Under the pieces are notes generated by a model. That model worked only from the letters and a program-made list of their open reading frames with translations, did no database searches and had not been told where the DNA came from. From assembly GCA_016185605.1 (NCBI GenBank), contig JACPNG010000025.1, forward strand, positions 1,954 to 65,953: DNA of 64,000 nt, given 5' to 3'. Of this stretch, positions 19,400 through 28,929 are shown one piece after another. The translations under genes and the position numbers were made by a program. Origin of the DNA: Candidatus Woesearchaeota archaeon (lineage in GTDB: Archaea > Nanobdellota > Nanobdellia > SCGC-AAA011-G17 > JACPNG01). The first letter of the stretch is position 1. Every line of letters begins with the position of its first letter.

Positions 19400-20434
19400 A
19401 TGGCTGTGGCAGTAGCTTATTTAATGGAAAATGAATATGTAAAATTCTTCATTATTTTAATAGGAACATTCCTATTATCTGAAATTTTGCTTTTCATAAT
19501 AAGAAAATATGTCAATAGAATAACCTCAAAAACAAAAACTGACATTGACGATCTTATAATACAAAGGATTACCAAACCATTACATGCTATTATTCTTTTT
19601 ATAGGATTATATTTTGCTGTAAAATCACTGTCAATATTAGAGAATTATATTAATATTGTAGATAAAATATTCTTTGTAATCTTTACATTGATGATTTCTT
19701 TTATATTGTCTAAGATATTGGCTGTTTTGATAGCCAGCTGGCTAAAGGTTCAGAAGAAATATGAGAAAACTCCCCAGTTATTTACAAAGATAATAACTAT
19801 TATTATATTTATAATTGCCATATTAATAATATTGGATCATTTCAGCATCCAGATAACACCAATAATAGCCGCCCTAGGATTAGGGGGATTAGCTGTTGGA
19901 TTGGCGTTGCAGGATACATTCTCTAATTTCTTTGCTGGACTTCATATAATATCTGACCAGCCAATTAATGTAGGAGACTATATAGAAATGGAGGGAGACA
20001 CGAAAGGATATGTTGATGACATTGGCTGGAGATCAATAAGAATTAAAACCCTGCAGAATAATCTTGTAATAGTTCCGAATTCCAAATTAGCACAGGGTAG
20101 AATTGTTAATCTTAGTAATCCAGGAGGAAATTCTGTTATAGTAGAATGCGGGGTTAGTTATAATTCTGATTTGAATAAAGTGGAAAAAGTAACTATTGAT
20201 GTGGCTAAAAAAATCCAGAAAACAATTCCTGGAGCCCTTGGCACATTTGAACCTTTTATTAGATATAAAACATTCGGGGATTCCAATATTAATTTTTCAG
20301 TTATTTTAAAAGTTGAAAAGTATGTCAACAAGCATCTGGTTACACATGAATTCATAAAAGCTTTAAAAGAAAGATATGACAAGGAAGGAATTGAAATATC
20401 ATATCCTGTAAGAAAAATCTATCAAGCAAAATAA
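19400..20434 (+). CDS. small-conductance mechanosensitive channel (MscS family)
   Basis: 3-4 N-terminal TM helices then LGLGGLAVGLALQDTFSNFFAGLHIISDQPINVGDYIE MscS core. Confidence 0.8.
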   Translation: MAVAVAYLMENEYVKFFIILIGTFLLSEILLFIIRKYVNRITSKTKTDIDDLIIQRITKPLHAIILFIGLYFAVKSLSILENYINIVDKIFFVIFTLMISFILSKILAVLIASWLKVQKKYEKTPQLFTKIITIIIFIIAILIILDHFSIQITPIIAALGLGGLAVGLALQDTFSNFFAGLHIISDQPINVGDYIEMEGDTKGYVDDIGWRSIRIKTLQNNLVIVPNSKLAQGRIVNLSNPGGNSVIVECGVSYNSDLNKVEKVTIDVAKKIQKTIPGALGTFEPFIRYKTFGDSNINFSVILKVEKYVNKHLVTHEFIKALKERYDKEGIEISYPVRKIYQAK

Positions 20435-20474
20435 TTCTAAAGATTTATAAATTTAAGAGCAATTCCCTGTTTAT

Positions 20475-21866
20475 ATGGATAAGTTAGAAGCAATAAGTCT
20501 GGTTGATGGAAGATATAGAAGATATACAGAGCCATTAGCAGATATATTTAGCGAAAAAGGATTAATCAGATATAGGGTAAAAGTTGAAGGAGAATATCTA
20601 TTATTCTTATCAGAGCATCCGCAAATTGAGACAAGAAAATTTTCTGAAGAAGAAAGAAGTCTGGTTCGAAGATTATATGATGTTTCTACGGAAGATGCCG
20701 GAGTGGTAAAAGCATTTGAGGTTAAAGGCTATGGAGATATCAAACCTACAAACCATGATGTTAAAGCAGTAGAATACTTTATGAAATATAAACTAAAGTA
20801 TAGTTCTTTGGAAGATTCTTTAGAATGGATTCACTTTGCGTTAACTTCCGAAGATGTTAATAATCTTGCTTACGGGTTAATGCTGTCTGATGGATTAGGC
20901 GATATTATTTTACCATCAGCACAAGAATTGTATGAGACTATTGAAGGATTAGCGCAAAGATACAAAGATGTTCCGATGTTATCAAGGACTCACGGTCAAC
21001 CAGCATCGCCAACAACATTTGGCAAAGAATTCAAGGTTTTTGCTTCAAGATCAAAAAAGCAGTTGGACCAATTAGGAACATATAAGCTTCTTGTTAAACT
21101 AAATGGAGCAACTGGAAATTATGATGCGCATCATGTTGCTTATCCAGAAGTAGATTGGATAGCATTTACAAGAGATTTTGTTGAAAGATTCAATGCAGGA
21201 AGAAGAATAAAATTAAGTCCTAATTTTGTAACAACACAAATTGAACCACATGATACTTATGCGGAATTATTTGACAATTTACGCAGATTAAACACAATTC
21301 TTATTGGTTTTGACCAAGATATGTGGAGATATGTAAGTGATGACTGGATTAAACAAAAACCTGTTGAAGGCGAAGTAGGTTCTTCAACAATGCCACACAA
21401 AGTAAATCCAATAGATTTTGAGAATAGCGAGGGAAACTTAGGAATTGCGAATGCATTATTTGGTTATTTTTCTTCTAAATTGCCAGTTTCAAGACTTCAA
21501 AGGGACTTGTCAGATTCAACAGTTGAAAGAAATTTTGGCGTTGCTTTAGGTCATAGCTTGATTGGATATAAATCTACTCAAAAAGGATTAAGCAAAGTTG
21601 CCGTAAATGAACATAAAGTTATAGAAGAGTTAGAAAACCATCCAGAAGTTATATCGGAAGCAATACAGACAGTTCTCAGAAGAGAAGGAGTAGAAATGCC
21701 GTATGAAAGATTAAAAGAATTGACAAGAGGAAGAAAGATTACTATGGATGATTTTGGAAGATTTATTGATGGATTAAACGTTTCTGAAGAAATAAGAGAA
21801 GAGTTAAAGCAGATTACACCAACGAATTATACAGGAATTGCTCGTCTTCTAGTAGAAAGTCAGTAG
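20475..21866 (+). CDS. purB: adenylosuccinate lyase
   Basis: N-terminal DGRYRRYTEPLADIFSEKGLIRYRVKVEGEYL and signature SSTMPHKVNPIDFENSEGN. Confidence 0.9.
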   Translation: MDKLEAISLVDGRYRRYTEPLADIFSEKGLIRYRVKVEGEYLLFLSEHPQIETRKFSEEERSLVRRLYDVSTEDAGVVKAFEVKGYGDIKPTNHDVKAVEYFMKYKLKYSSLEDSLEWIHFALTSEDVNNLAYGLMLSDGLGDIILPSAQELYETIEGLAQRYKDVPMLSRTHGQPASPTTFGKEFKVFASRSKKQLDQLGTYKLLVKLNGATGNYDAHHVAYPEVDWIAFTRDFVERFNAGRRIKLSPNFVTTQIEPHDTYAELFDNLRRLNTILIGFDQDMWRYVSDDWIKQKPVEGEVGSSTMPHKVNPIDFENSEGNLGIANALFGYFSSKLPVSRLQRDLSDSTVERNFGVALGHSLIGYKSTQKGLSKVAVNEHKVIEELENHPEVISEAIQTVLRREGVEMPYERLKELTRGRKITMDDFGRFIDGLNVSEEIREELKQITPTNYTGIARLLVESQ

Positions 21867-22015
21867 CGCCCGAAACCGATTACACCTAATCAGTGTTAGA
21901 TACACTTGCCTCAATTTAATAGAATTAAATTAGAGATGCAAGGCACAGAGCGGGAAAATACTAAAAATTTTAAGAATATAGCAAACTATTTATACCTTAT
22001 TCTTGGTTTTAATTT

Positions 22016-23764
22016 ATGTGCGGAATTATAGCATACAAGGGATTTAGAGATGGAGTCAACATAGTTTTAGAAGGGTTAAAATTACTAGAGTATAGGGGAT
22101 ATGATTCGTGGGGAATTGCAGCAAAAAATGAAGATATTCATGTCTTTAAGGAGGTAGGCAAAATAGGGGAGATTAAAAAAGTAAATTTACTAAGATCTAA
22201 TATCTGCATGGGGCATACAAGATGGTCCACTACTGGGGCTGTAACAAAAGAAAATTCCCATCCCCATCTAAGTTGCGATAATAAAATAGCTGTTATCCAT
22301 AATGGAATAATAGAAAACTATGAGGAATTAAAAAAACAGTTAAAAAACCATAATTTTGCTTCTGAAACAGATACAGAGGTCATTCCTCATTTAATAGAGG
22401 AAAATATTAACTTAGGATTTTTTGAAGCAGTAAAAAAAGCAGCTAATCTAATAGAGGGAAGATCTGCTTTTATTGCAATTAACAAAGATAATGATGAGAT
22501 GATAGCTGTAAGAACAGGAGCTCCGTTAATCTTAGGAATAGGAAATAATGAATATTTCATAGCATCTGATGTTCCTGCATTTCTTGATTATACCAAAGAT
22601 GTAAATTATTTAGATGATAATGAGATGGTTGTAATAAAAGATCATCCTAATTTTTTTAATTTTAGAACAGGAGAAGAAATTAAAAAAAGATTAATAACAA
22701 TAAGCTGGGACAAAGAGCAGTCAAAGAAAGGAGACTATAAGCATTATCTTATAAAAGAGATAATGGAGCAGAAAGAAACTATTAACAAAGCCATTAATCA
22801 GGATGAACAAGAAATACAAAAAATAGCAGACGAAATAAATAATGCTTTTGGAACATTTTTCGTTGGATGCGGAACATCTGGAAAGGTTTGCCATGCAGGA
22901 GAATATTTATTCTCAAAGATAGCCAAAAAACATGTCAACTTTGTTATTGCATCTGAATTTTCAAATTATCATCATTTCCTTACAGATGAGACATTGATGA
23001 TAGTTGTAACCCAGAGCGGGGAGACAGCAGATGTTATTGAAGCTATAGAAGCAGCTAAAAAAGAAAATGTCAAAATAATTTCTTTGGTCAATGTTCAAGG
23101 ATCTACAATCTCATTAAAGTCAGATTATTCATTGTTGGTAAAAGCTGGTCCGGAAAAAGCAGTTGCATCCACTAAAACAGCCACCTCACAATTGGCTTTA
23201 TTATTGTTATTAGCGTATGCTTCTATTGGAAAATTAAAAGAGGGAAAAAGATTGCTGATTGAAACATCCAGTATGATAAATGACATGCTGAATTTAAGAT
23301 ATGAGGAGCATATAAAGAGATTAGCTGAATTAATTCATAAAAAAGAGCATGCCTATATAATTGGCAAATCTTCTAATTATCCAATGGCTTTGGAATCAGC
23401 AATAAAAATTCAAGAGGTAAGTTATATGCATGCTGAGGGATTTGCAGCTGGTGAATTAAAACATGGGCCAATAGCCTTAATAGAAAAAAATACGCCTTGT
23501 ATAGCATTAGTTGCAAATGATGAAACAAAAAAAGATGTATTGGTTAATGCCCAAGAATTAAAAACAAGAGGAGCATATATAATTGGCGTAGCTCCAGAAT
23601 ATAATAAAATATTTGATTACTGGATAAAAGTCCCTGATGCAGGAGATGCTTCTCCCATTGTAAACATAATTCCAATACAGATATTATCTTATCATTTAGC
23701 GTTATTAAGAGGGCATGATCCAGATTATCCCCGCAACCTCGCAAAGGGCGTAACAGTAAAATAA
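22016..23764 (+). CDS. glmS: glutamine--fructose-6-phosphate aminotransferase
   Basis: N-terminal nucleophile MCGIIAY, two SIS domains, 582 aa. Confidence 0.9.
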   Translation: MCGIIAYKGFRDGVNIVLEGLKLLEYRGYDSWGIAAKNEDIHVFKEVGKIGEIKKVNLLRSNICMGHTRWSTTGAVTKENSHPHLSCDNKIAVIHNGIIENYEELKKQLKNHNFASETDTEVIPHLIEENINLGFFEAVKKAANLIEGRSAFIAINKDNDEMIAVRTGAPLILGIGNNEYFIASDVPAFLDYTKDVNYLDDNEMVVIKDHPNFFNFRTGEEIKKRLITISWDKEQSKKGDYKHYLIKEIMEQKETINKAINQDEQEIQKIADEINNAFGTFFVGCGTSGKVCHAGEYLFSKIAKKHVNFVIASEFSNYHHFLTDETLMIVVTQSGETADVIEAIEAAKKENVKIISLVNVQGSTISLKSDYSLLVKAGPEKAVASTKTATSQLALLLLLAYASIGKLKEGKRLLIETSSMINDMLNLRYEEHIKRLAELIHKKEHAYIIGKSSNYPMALESAIKIQEVSYMHAEGFAAGELKHGPIALIEKNTPCIALVANDETKKDVLVNAQELKTRGAYIIGVAPEYNKIFDYWIKVPDAGDASPIVNIIPIQILSYHLALLRGHDPDYPRNLAKGVTVK

Positions 23765-23765
23765 T

Positions 23766-24566
23766 TTATTTACGGGGATGTTTTTTAATATATCCTCTAA
23801 TAAGCTCTTCAAAAAGAGTTACAGCTGAACCCCACATATTTATAGTCTCTTCACTATTTCTATATAATTTATCTAACTCTTCTAAATTTTCATACAAATA
23901 CTTTATTCGTCTTAATATTTCTACATCCAAATCTGGAAAAATATTTTGTATTAAACTTATCGCGGAAAATCTATTTTTTCTTAATCTTCCATCGACCATG
24001 TGTATAACTTGTTTTGATCCTCTGCTTATAGCATCTAAAGATTTGTTGAATTTTTCGATAAAAATCTTATAATCTGAATTTCTATAATGTTCTGAAAATA
24101 ATAATCCTTGTCTTGATTTTCTTAAATTAAATCTTAAAGCATCTTGTTCTGGATGTTCAGGCATTTCGAATTTAAATTGATCTATATAATCTGGTCCAAT
24201 AACTATTGTTCTTTCCTCTAAAAAATAATCTCTAAATGTAGAATTATATGAATTAAATCTTCCATCCCTCATTGTTACTATATCTGTTAATGTTACTTGA
24301 AATGGAATATTTGTTTGTATTAGAGAATTATGGAGAACAGAAGACATTTGTTTTAATATTCCTTTATTAATTACTACATTATCGGGAGTTATTATGACTG
24401 CATCAATATCACTTCTACCAGGGACATAATCTCCCCTCACGTAAGAACCATAAACCATCAAACTTAATCCGTTATAATTCAAACTTTCTAATCCTTCTCT
24501 AAATCTATTCATAAATTCTTTATATTGCTTTTCTGTTGGTCTTGGTTCATCATATCCTAATACCAT
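23766..24566 (-). CDS. nucleotidyltransferase (Pol-beta superfamily) domain protein
   Basis: LMVYGSYVRGDYVPGRSDIDAVII = GS-x9-13-D-x-D NTase motif; ~170-aa helical C-terminal domain; last gene of the exosome-rpoK-eno transcription unit. Confidence 0.55.
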   Translation of the reverse strand: MVLGYDEPRPTEKQYKEFMNRFREGLESLNYNGLSLMVYGSYVRGDYVPGRSDIDAVIITPDNVVINKGILKQMSSVLHNSLIQTNIPFQVTLTDIVTMRDGRFNSYNSTFRDYFLEERTIVIGPDYIDQFKFEMPEHPEQDALRFNLRKSRQGLLFSEHYRNSDYKIFIEKFNKSLDAISRGSKQVIHMVDGRLRKNRFSAISLIQNIFPDLDVEILRRIKYLYENLEELDKLYRNSEETINMWGSAVTLFEELIRGYIKKHPRK

Positions 24567-24607
24567 TCAATTTTTAGAATAAATAGATTATTAAAATTAT
24601 CTTAGAA

Positions 24608-25753
24608 TTAGCTTCTAATCTCTTTTTCTATTCTCTTTAATGTTTTTATTTTTGCTGTTCTTTCTTTGCCGTAAATTCCGCATTTGATGAATGGGATTTC
24701 CCAGCCGACAGCCAAATGAGATATTAAATCATCCATTGTTTCCCCAGTCATGCATGATAGTATAATAATTATATTTTCTTTCTTTGCATAATCTATAAAC
24801 TCTTTTAATAATGTTAAAGAGCCTATTTGCGACGGCTTTACCACAACAGAATTTATTTTTCCCTTAAACTGACTTAGTCTTTCTATACTGCTGCATACTG
24901 GATTATTTACAGAAATAATTTTCGTTTTTATCTTTTCAAATCCCTCCAAATCATTTTCATGCAATGGGTCTTCTACATAATTTATTTTATAGTCTTTTAT
25001 TAAAGAATTTATGAATTCAATCTGTTCATCTCTTGTTAATATGTTTTCTTTCTTGATCTTTGAAAAATTATTATATTTGTATTTATCCTTGTTGAATAAA
25101 TGATTCGAGTTTATGTTTATTCCTATTCTCAAATCAAATCCTATTGTATTGGAAGCCAATTCAGCGTTTCTTGATAAAAAGTCTAATATTGAGGTTGTAT
25201 CTAGGTTAGGAGCCCAGGCGCCCCAGTAATTTTTTTCTTTTACATTTAATTCATCTCCGATTCTTTTATAGGCATATTCATTAGCAAAAACACCATCTGC
25301 AAAATTCATTGTTTTTGGCATAAGTAAAAACTCCCGGAAATCAACATTGTTTCTTCCGTCTATTCCTCCTCCAACACAATCTCCGATTGGAATAGGCATC
25401 TTATCTGGATGAGAATTCAAGAATTTCCACACCTCATTATTTGATAACGCCTTTAGTATTGCGCCATGCAATGCATAAATCCCATTAGCCCCAAGCTCAT
25501 CTCTTAGATTATCTAAGTAATATAAATCACTAAAACTATTTATCTCTATTTTCTTTATTTGCTTTGAATTGTTAATTGATTTTATTGTGTCATTTAAATC
25601 ATTTTTATAAGGGTAGAATGAATAATTTTCTTTTGTAATCTCATTTGGTGCAGAACAAGAATATTTTTTGTTTATTACAACTTCTATTGACTCATTGCCT
25701 AAAGAATCCAAGACTTTTCTGGCTGTTATCTTTTTAATTTTCATTATAGTCAT
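24608..25753 (-). CDS. enolase-family protein with degenerate active site
   Basis: N-terminal ITARKVLDSLGNESIEVVI and C-terminal ILSCMTGETMDD...IKCGI...RTAKIKTLKRIEKEI align to enolase (SHRSGETED...IKTGA...RSERLAKYNQLLRIEEEL), but GDEGG is YWGAW, GDDL is absent and SHR is SCM; 381 aa. Confidence 0.65.
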   Translation of the reverse strand: MTIMKIKKITARKVLDSLGNESIEVVINKKYSCSAPNEITKENYSFYPYKNDLNDTIKSINNSKQIKKIEINSFSDLYYLDNLRDELGANGIYALHGAILKALSNNEVWKFLNSHPDKMPIPIGDCVGGGIDGRNNVDFREFLLMPKTMNFADGVFANEYAYKRIGDELNVKEKNYWGAWAPNLDTTSILDFLSRNAELASNTIGFDLRIGININSNHLFNKDKYKYNNFSKIKKENILTRDEQIEFINSLIKDYKINYVEDPLHENDLEGFEKIKTKIISVNNPVCSSIERLSQFKGKINSVVVKPSQIGSLTLLKEFIDYAKKENIIIILSCMTGETMDDLISHLAVGWEIPFIKCGIYGKERTAKIKTLKRIEKEIRS

Positions 25754-25788
25754 TAATGCTTAAGAAGTTATTAAATATTATTATAAGA

Positions 25789-25998
25789 TTATGCTCTTAT
25801 AGGCAATGGCCTCTTGATTGTTATTGGGATTGCCCCTTTTTCATACTCTATTTTTGCTATCTCTACAGGATTATAATTAATTTTTTCAAGATCTTCTTCT
25901 GTTAATTTCATTATTATGGGGGCGCCCATCGCTATCTGCAACGCCCTGGCTCCAATAATCCTTGCTTTTTCGAATTTTGTATAAAGATCTTTAGCCAT
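25789..25998 (-). CDS. rpoK: DNA-directed RNA polymerase subunit K (Rpo6)
   Basis: TKFEKARIIGARALQIAMGAPII...NPVEIAKIEYEKGAIPITIKR matches RpoK/Rpb6 core. Confidence 0.8.
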   Translation of the reverse strand: MAKDLYTKFEKARIIGARALQIAMGAPIIMKLTEEDLEKINYNPVEIAKIEYEKGAIPITIKRPLPIRA

Positions 25999-26021
25999 TT
26001 TTATCTTATCTTAACATCTAT

Positions 26022-26798
26022 TTATAAAAGTTTTCTTAATTCTTTTCCCTTTTCAATCGCAATCTCAACCATTTTTTTTATCTCTTCTATTGTTAATGAT
26101 GAGTTTCCGCCTTTCTGCAATGCGCAAAGTTCGTTATTGTCAATGGTTGCTACTGTTAATCTGGCGTCCATTGATTTTTCCTCTTCTGTATTTGGATCTA
26201 CTATTATTTTGTCTCCTATCTTAACTAATGTGCAGGAAATTGGAAGTTTTGTCAATGGCAGATTCTTTTTTGTTTTTGTCCCATAAATTACCTTTCCTTC
26301 TTTTTCGTCATATTCCGGGAATTTTGCATCTTTTAAAGCAGCCAAAGCAGCCAATCCAGCTGCATCAAATAAGTTTCCAGAGTCATTTATAGGATATAAG
26401 TCAATGAAAACATTCCATACTTTTTCTCCTTTTTTAATGCACAATTTTTTCATGTCTATGCATTCGCTTTCTCTTACCCCTCTGTCTATTACCCTTGCTA
26501 ATTCAATTGAATATACATCTGGAGGGCCTGACTCAAAATCTGGATTGGATAAAGGCAGTAATTCAGCATTAACCATTAGATTTCCCTTATCTAATGTGTC
26601 TGGAAATGGCTCCCCTACATCCATTTTTATTCCAGCTATTACAATTGTCTCTCCAATTGTTACTTTAGCTGAGCCTTCTGATTTTGGCGATATATTAGTT
26701 TCTATTGTAATAGGCTTTCTATACTCATCTAATTTTCTGTTGTCTGACCTAATGTCTTTGCCTAATAATGTTGTGACATAATCTTTTGTTGCTATCAT
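26022..26798 (-). CDS. rrp42: exosome complex component Rrp42 (RNase PH-like, inactive ring subunit)
   Basis: RNase PH fold, 258 aa, overlaps rrp41 by 4 nt. Confidence 0.85.
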   Translation of the reverse strand: MIATKDYVTTLLGKDIRSDNRKLDEYRKPITIETNISPKSEGSAKVTIGETIVIAGIKMDVGEPFPDTLDKGNLMVNAELLPLSNPDFESGPPDVYSIELARVIDRGVRESECIDMKKLCIKKGEKVWNVFIDLYPINDSGNLFDAAGLAALAALKDAKFPEYDEKEGKVIYGTKTKKNLPLTKLPISCTLVKIGDKIIVDPNTEEEKSMDARLTVATIDNNELCALQKGGNSSLTIEEIKKMVEIAIEKGKELRKLL

Positions 26799-27493
26799 AT
26801 GTATTTCTCCTTTAGTGCTTTTTTTTGAAGTTCATAAATTTTTAAGCATGCTTCTTTTCCAAGCTCGATTGCCTTTAATAATTCTTCCTTTGAGATTTCT
26901 CCGTCCATCTGCAATAATGTTATTTTTCCATCTCTTGGAGTCATTGCTATTGGAATATCTGTTGCTCCATCTTCAAAGTCCTCTTCTTCTTTATCCAAAT
27001 CAACAACAATATTTTTTCCAACCTTTCCTACAGATACAGCTGAAACTAAATCCTTCATTATTAATCCAGCATCAGCCAATGCCATTGCTGCTGCTGTTAT
27101 TCCAGCGCATCTTGTTCCTGCATCAGCCTGTATTAATTCAATAAATACATCTATTACTGTATTTGGAAATTCTTTTAAGTCCAAAACTGGAGATAAGGCA
27201 TTTTCTGTTACTAATGAAATTTCTTTTGATCTTCTAGATGGGCCAGGTCTTACTCTTTCTCCTGTTGAGAAGCTTATCATATTATAATTGCATCTTAATA
27301 TTCCCTTTTCAGGATCCCTCATGAATGTCGGGTGTAATGCCCTTGGTCCGTATACTGCAGCTATTGCCTGGGTTTTTCCTATCCTGAACATTGCTGAACC
27401 ATCTGCTCTTTTTACTACTCCAACTTTTGCATCCATCTCCCTTAATTCATTTTGTTTTCTTCCGTCCAATCTTTTTTCTATTTTCTCTTTCAT
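26795..27493 (-). CDS. rrp41: exosome complex exonuclease Rrp41
   Basis: RLDGRKQNELREMDAKVGVVKRADGSAMFRIGKTQAIAAVYGPR typical Rrp41 N-terminus. Confidence 0.9.
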   Translation of the reverse strand: MKEKIEKRLDGRKQNELREMDAKVGVVKRADGSAMFRIGKTQAIAAVYGPRALHPTFMRDPEKGILRCNYNMISFSTGERVRPGPSRRSKEISLVTENALSPVLDLKEFPNTVIDVFIELIQADAGTRCAGITAAAMALADAGLIMKDLVSAVSVGKVGKNIVVDLDKEEEDFEDGATDIPIAMTPRDGKITLLQMDGEISKEELLKAIELGKEACLKIYELQKKALKEKYI

Positions 27494-27969
27494 TTCTTTC
27501 TCCTATAATACTTGTCGTGCCATTTTCTTTGAGTCTCTTCTTGGTGTAATGCTTTTAGATAACCCTTCCACATATTTACTTCATCTGTACTAGGCTCATT
27601 TTTTCTTCTGCAATTATTATTAGGAATTGATACAGTATCTGGCTTTACAGATTCTACAAGTAAAAAGGGATTTAAATTGTATTTCTCCATTAGATATGAA
27701 GTAATAATTCCTGTTACATTATCTTTTATAAGAAATGCAAGTGAAGCTCTGCCAGTATTTTCTCTATATAAAAAAATAGCCTTAAATCCCTTTTGCATTG
27801 TTTTATCCAGTAATCTTATAGAATAACCCTCTTCATTTATCTCAACTTTTAATTCTCCCTTATGATCAGCATAACTTTCTTGTGGAGAAGCCAGAACTCC
27901 AATACTTAATGCTCCTGCCAATAACCCAGCTAATCCTAGCCCATTAATTGATTTCATCTTCTTCTCCAA
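27490..27969 (-). CDS. hypothetical signal-peptide protein inserted between rrp4 and rrp41
   Basis: N-terminal hydrophobic stretch GLGLAGLLAGALSIGVLASP; overlaps rrp4 (26 nt) and rrp41 (4 nt). Confidence 0.4.
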   Translation of the reverse strand: MEKKMKSINGLGLAGLLAGALSIGVLASPQESYADHKGELKVEINEEGYSIRLLDKTMQKGFKAIFLYRENTGRASLAFLIKDNVTGIITSYLMEKYNLNPFLLVESVKPDTVSIPNNNCRRKNEPSTDEVNMWKGYLKALHQEETQRKWHDKYYRRKK

Positions 27970-28666
27970 TTTTTTGGCTTTTATCTGATTCTGCTCCTAG
28001 GAATTTTTTTATCTCTTCTGTCAATCCCTCTATATGAGCTTTCTCATCTATCATTCTTATAGCTTCTACAGCTTTTATCTCATTGTCTGTATTTTCTCCC
28101 TGTATCCAGACCCTTCCATTCTGTCCAACAGTAATTCTACAGTTAGTTGCGTCTTTAACCATAGTAATCATAGAGCCTTGCTTTCCTATTATTCTTGGAA
28201 CCTTAGATGGAGTAACTTGGATTATTCTTCCCCCGTTTAATTTCCTTAATCCAGGCTCTTTTGTTGTTAAATCAATAAATTTTGATCTTGAGACGTTTAT
28301 TATTTTTACAACAACAATATCCCCAAAATCATAATACTTTGTCAAGTCTTCATTTCTCTCGACAAAATCTGTTGTGCCCTCTTTTAAGCTTAGATTAGCC
28401 TCATAAGCATATCCCACATCTATTATCCAGCCGTTAAAAGAAATATTTACAACCTTTCCTATTACAGTATCTCCTGCTTTTGGAATATACCTTCCAGTCA
28501 ATGGGATTATTCTTATTAGTCTTCCATTTACATTTACTAATCCTAGCTGGGCTGAGATTATCTTGTCATTTTGCCTATATGTTCCTTGTGCTGGTAAATA
28601 ATCCATACCTTCAGCAATTTCCTCTCCAGGAACTACAATTGTTTTTTCATTTATCAATAATGTCAT
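27944..28666 (-). CDS. rrp4: exosome complex RNA-binding cap subunit Rrp4 (S1 + KH)
   Basis: S1 domain (IPKAGDTVIGKVVNISFNGWIIDVG) then KH domain (MVKDATNCRITVGQNGRVWIQG). Confidence 0.85.
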   Translation of the reverse strand: MTLLINEKTIVVPGEEIAEGMDYLPAQGTYRQNDKIISAQLGLVNVNGRLIRIIPLTGRYIPKAGDTVIGKVVNISFNGWIIDVGYAYEANLSLKEGTTDFVERNEDLTKYYDFGDIVVVKIINVSRSKFIDLTTKEPGLRKLNGGRIIQVTPSKVPRIIGKQGSMITMVKDATNCRITVGQNGRVWIQGENTDNEIKAVEAIRMIDEKAHIEGLTEEIKKFLGAESDKSQKIGEEDEIN

Positions 28667-28668
28667 TT

Positions 28669-28929
28669 TTATTTTTCTCCTTCATCTTTTCTTTTATAAT
28701 ATTGAATGGGCATTGCCATTATCATAGCTTTTTCAAACCAATATAATCTTACTCCAGTACAATAGTGTGTAGCACCTTTTGGAGCTAAACTACTTATTAA
28801 ATTCATTTGATAATCCATATCTGAATTATATTGTCTAGCAACCTTGATTAAATTTGGGTTACCAACGGGAGTAAAATCCTCGGTCGGTTCAGCTATCTGC
28901 TCTAATCCTTTTGTTTTTGTTTTAGTCAT
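28669..28929 (-). CDS. hypothetical small protein between sdo1 and rrp4
   Basis: 86 aa, no Cys, so not L37ae. Confidence 0.4.
   Translation of the reverse strand: MTKTKTKGLEQIAEPTEDFTPVGNPNLIKVARQYNSDMDYQMNLISSLAPKGATHYCTGVRLYWFEKAMIMAMPIQYYKRKDEGEK

Noticed and set aside
21867-21960. Possible glmS ribozyme upstream of glmS.
   Set aside because: Only the opening AGCGCCCGAA resembles the ribozyme. I could not find the remaining conserved core (P2/P2.1 pseudoknot, GlcN6P pocket segments), and the ribozyme is a Gram-positive bacterial feature. Kept only as an unexplained GC-rich element.
28669-28929. 86-aa gene in the superoperon as ribosomal protein L37ae.
   Set aside because: L37ae is a C4 zinc-ribbon protein; this ORF has a single Cys and no matching motifs, so it is left as hypothetical.
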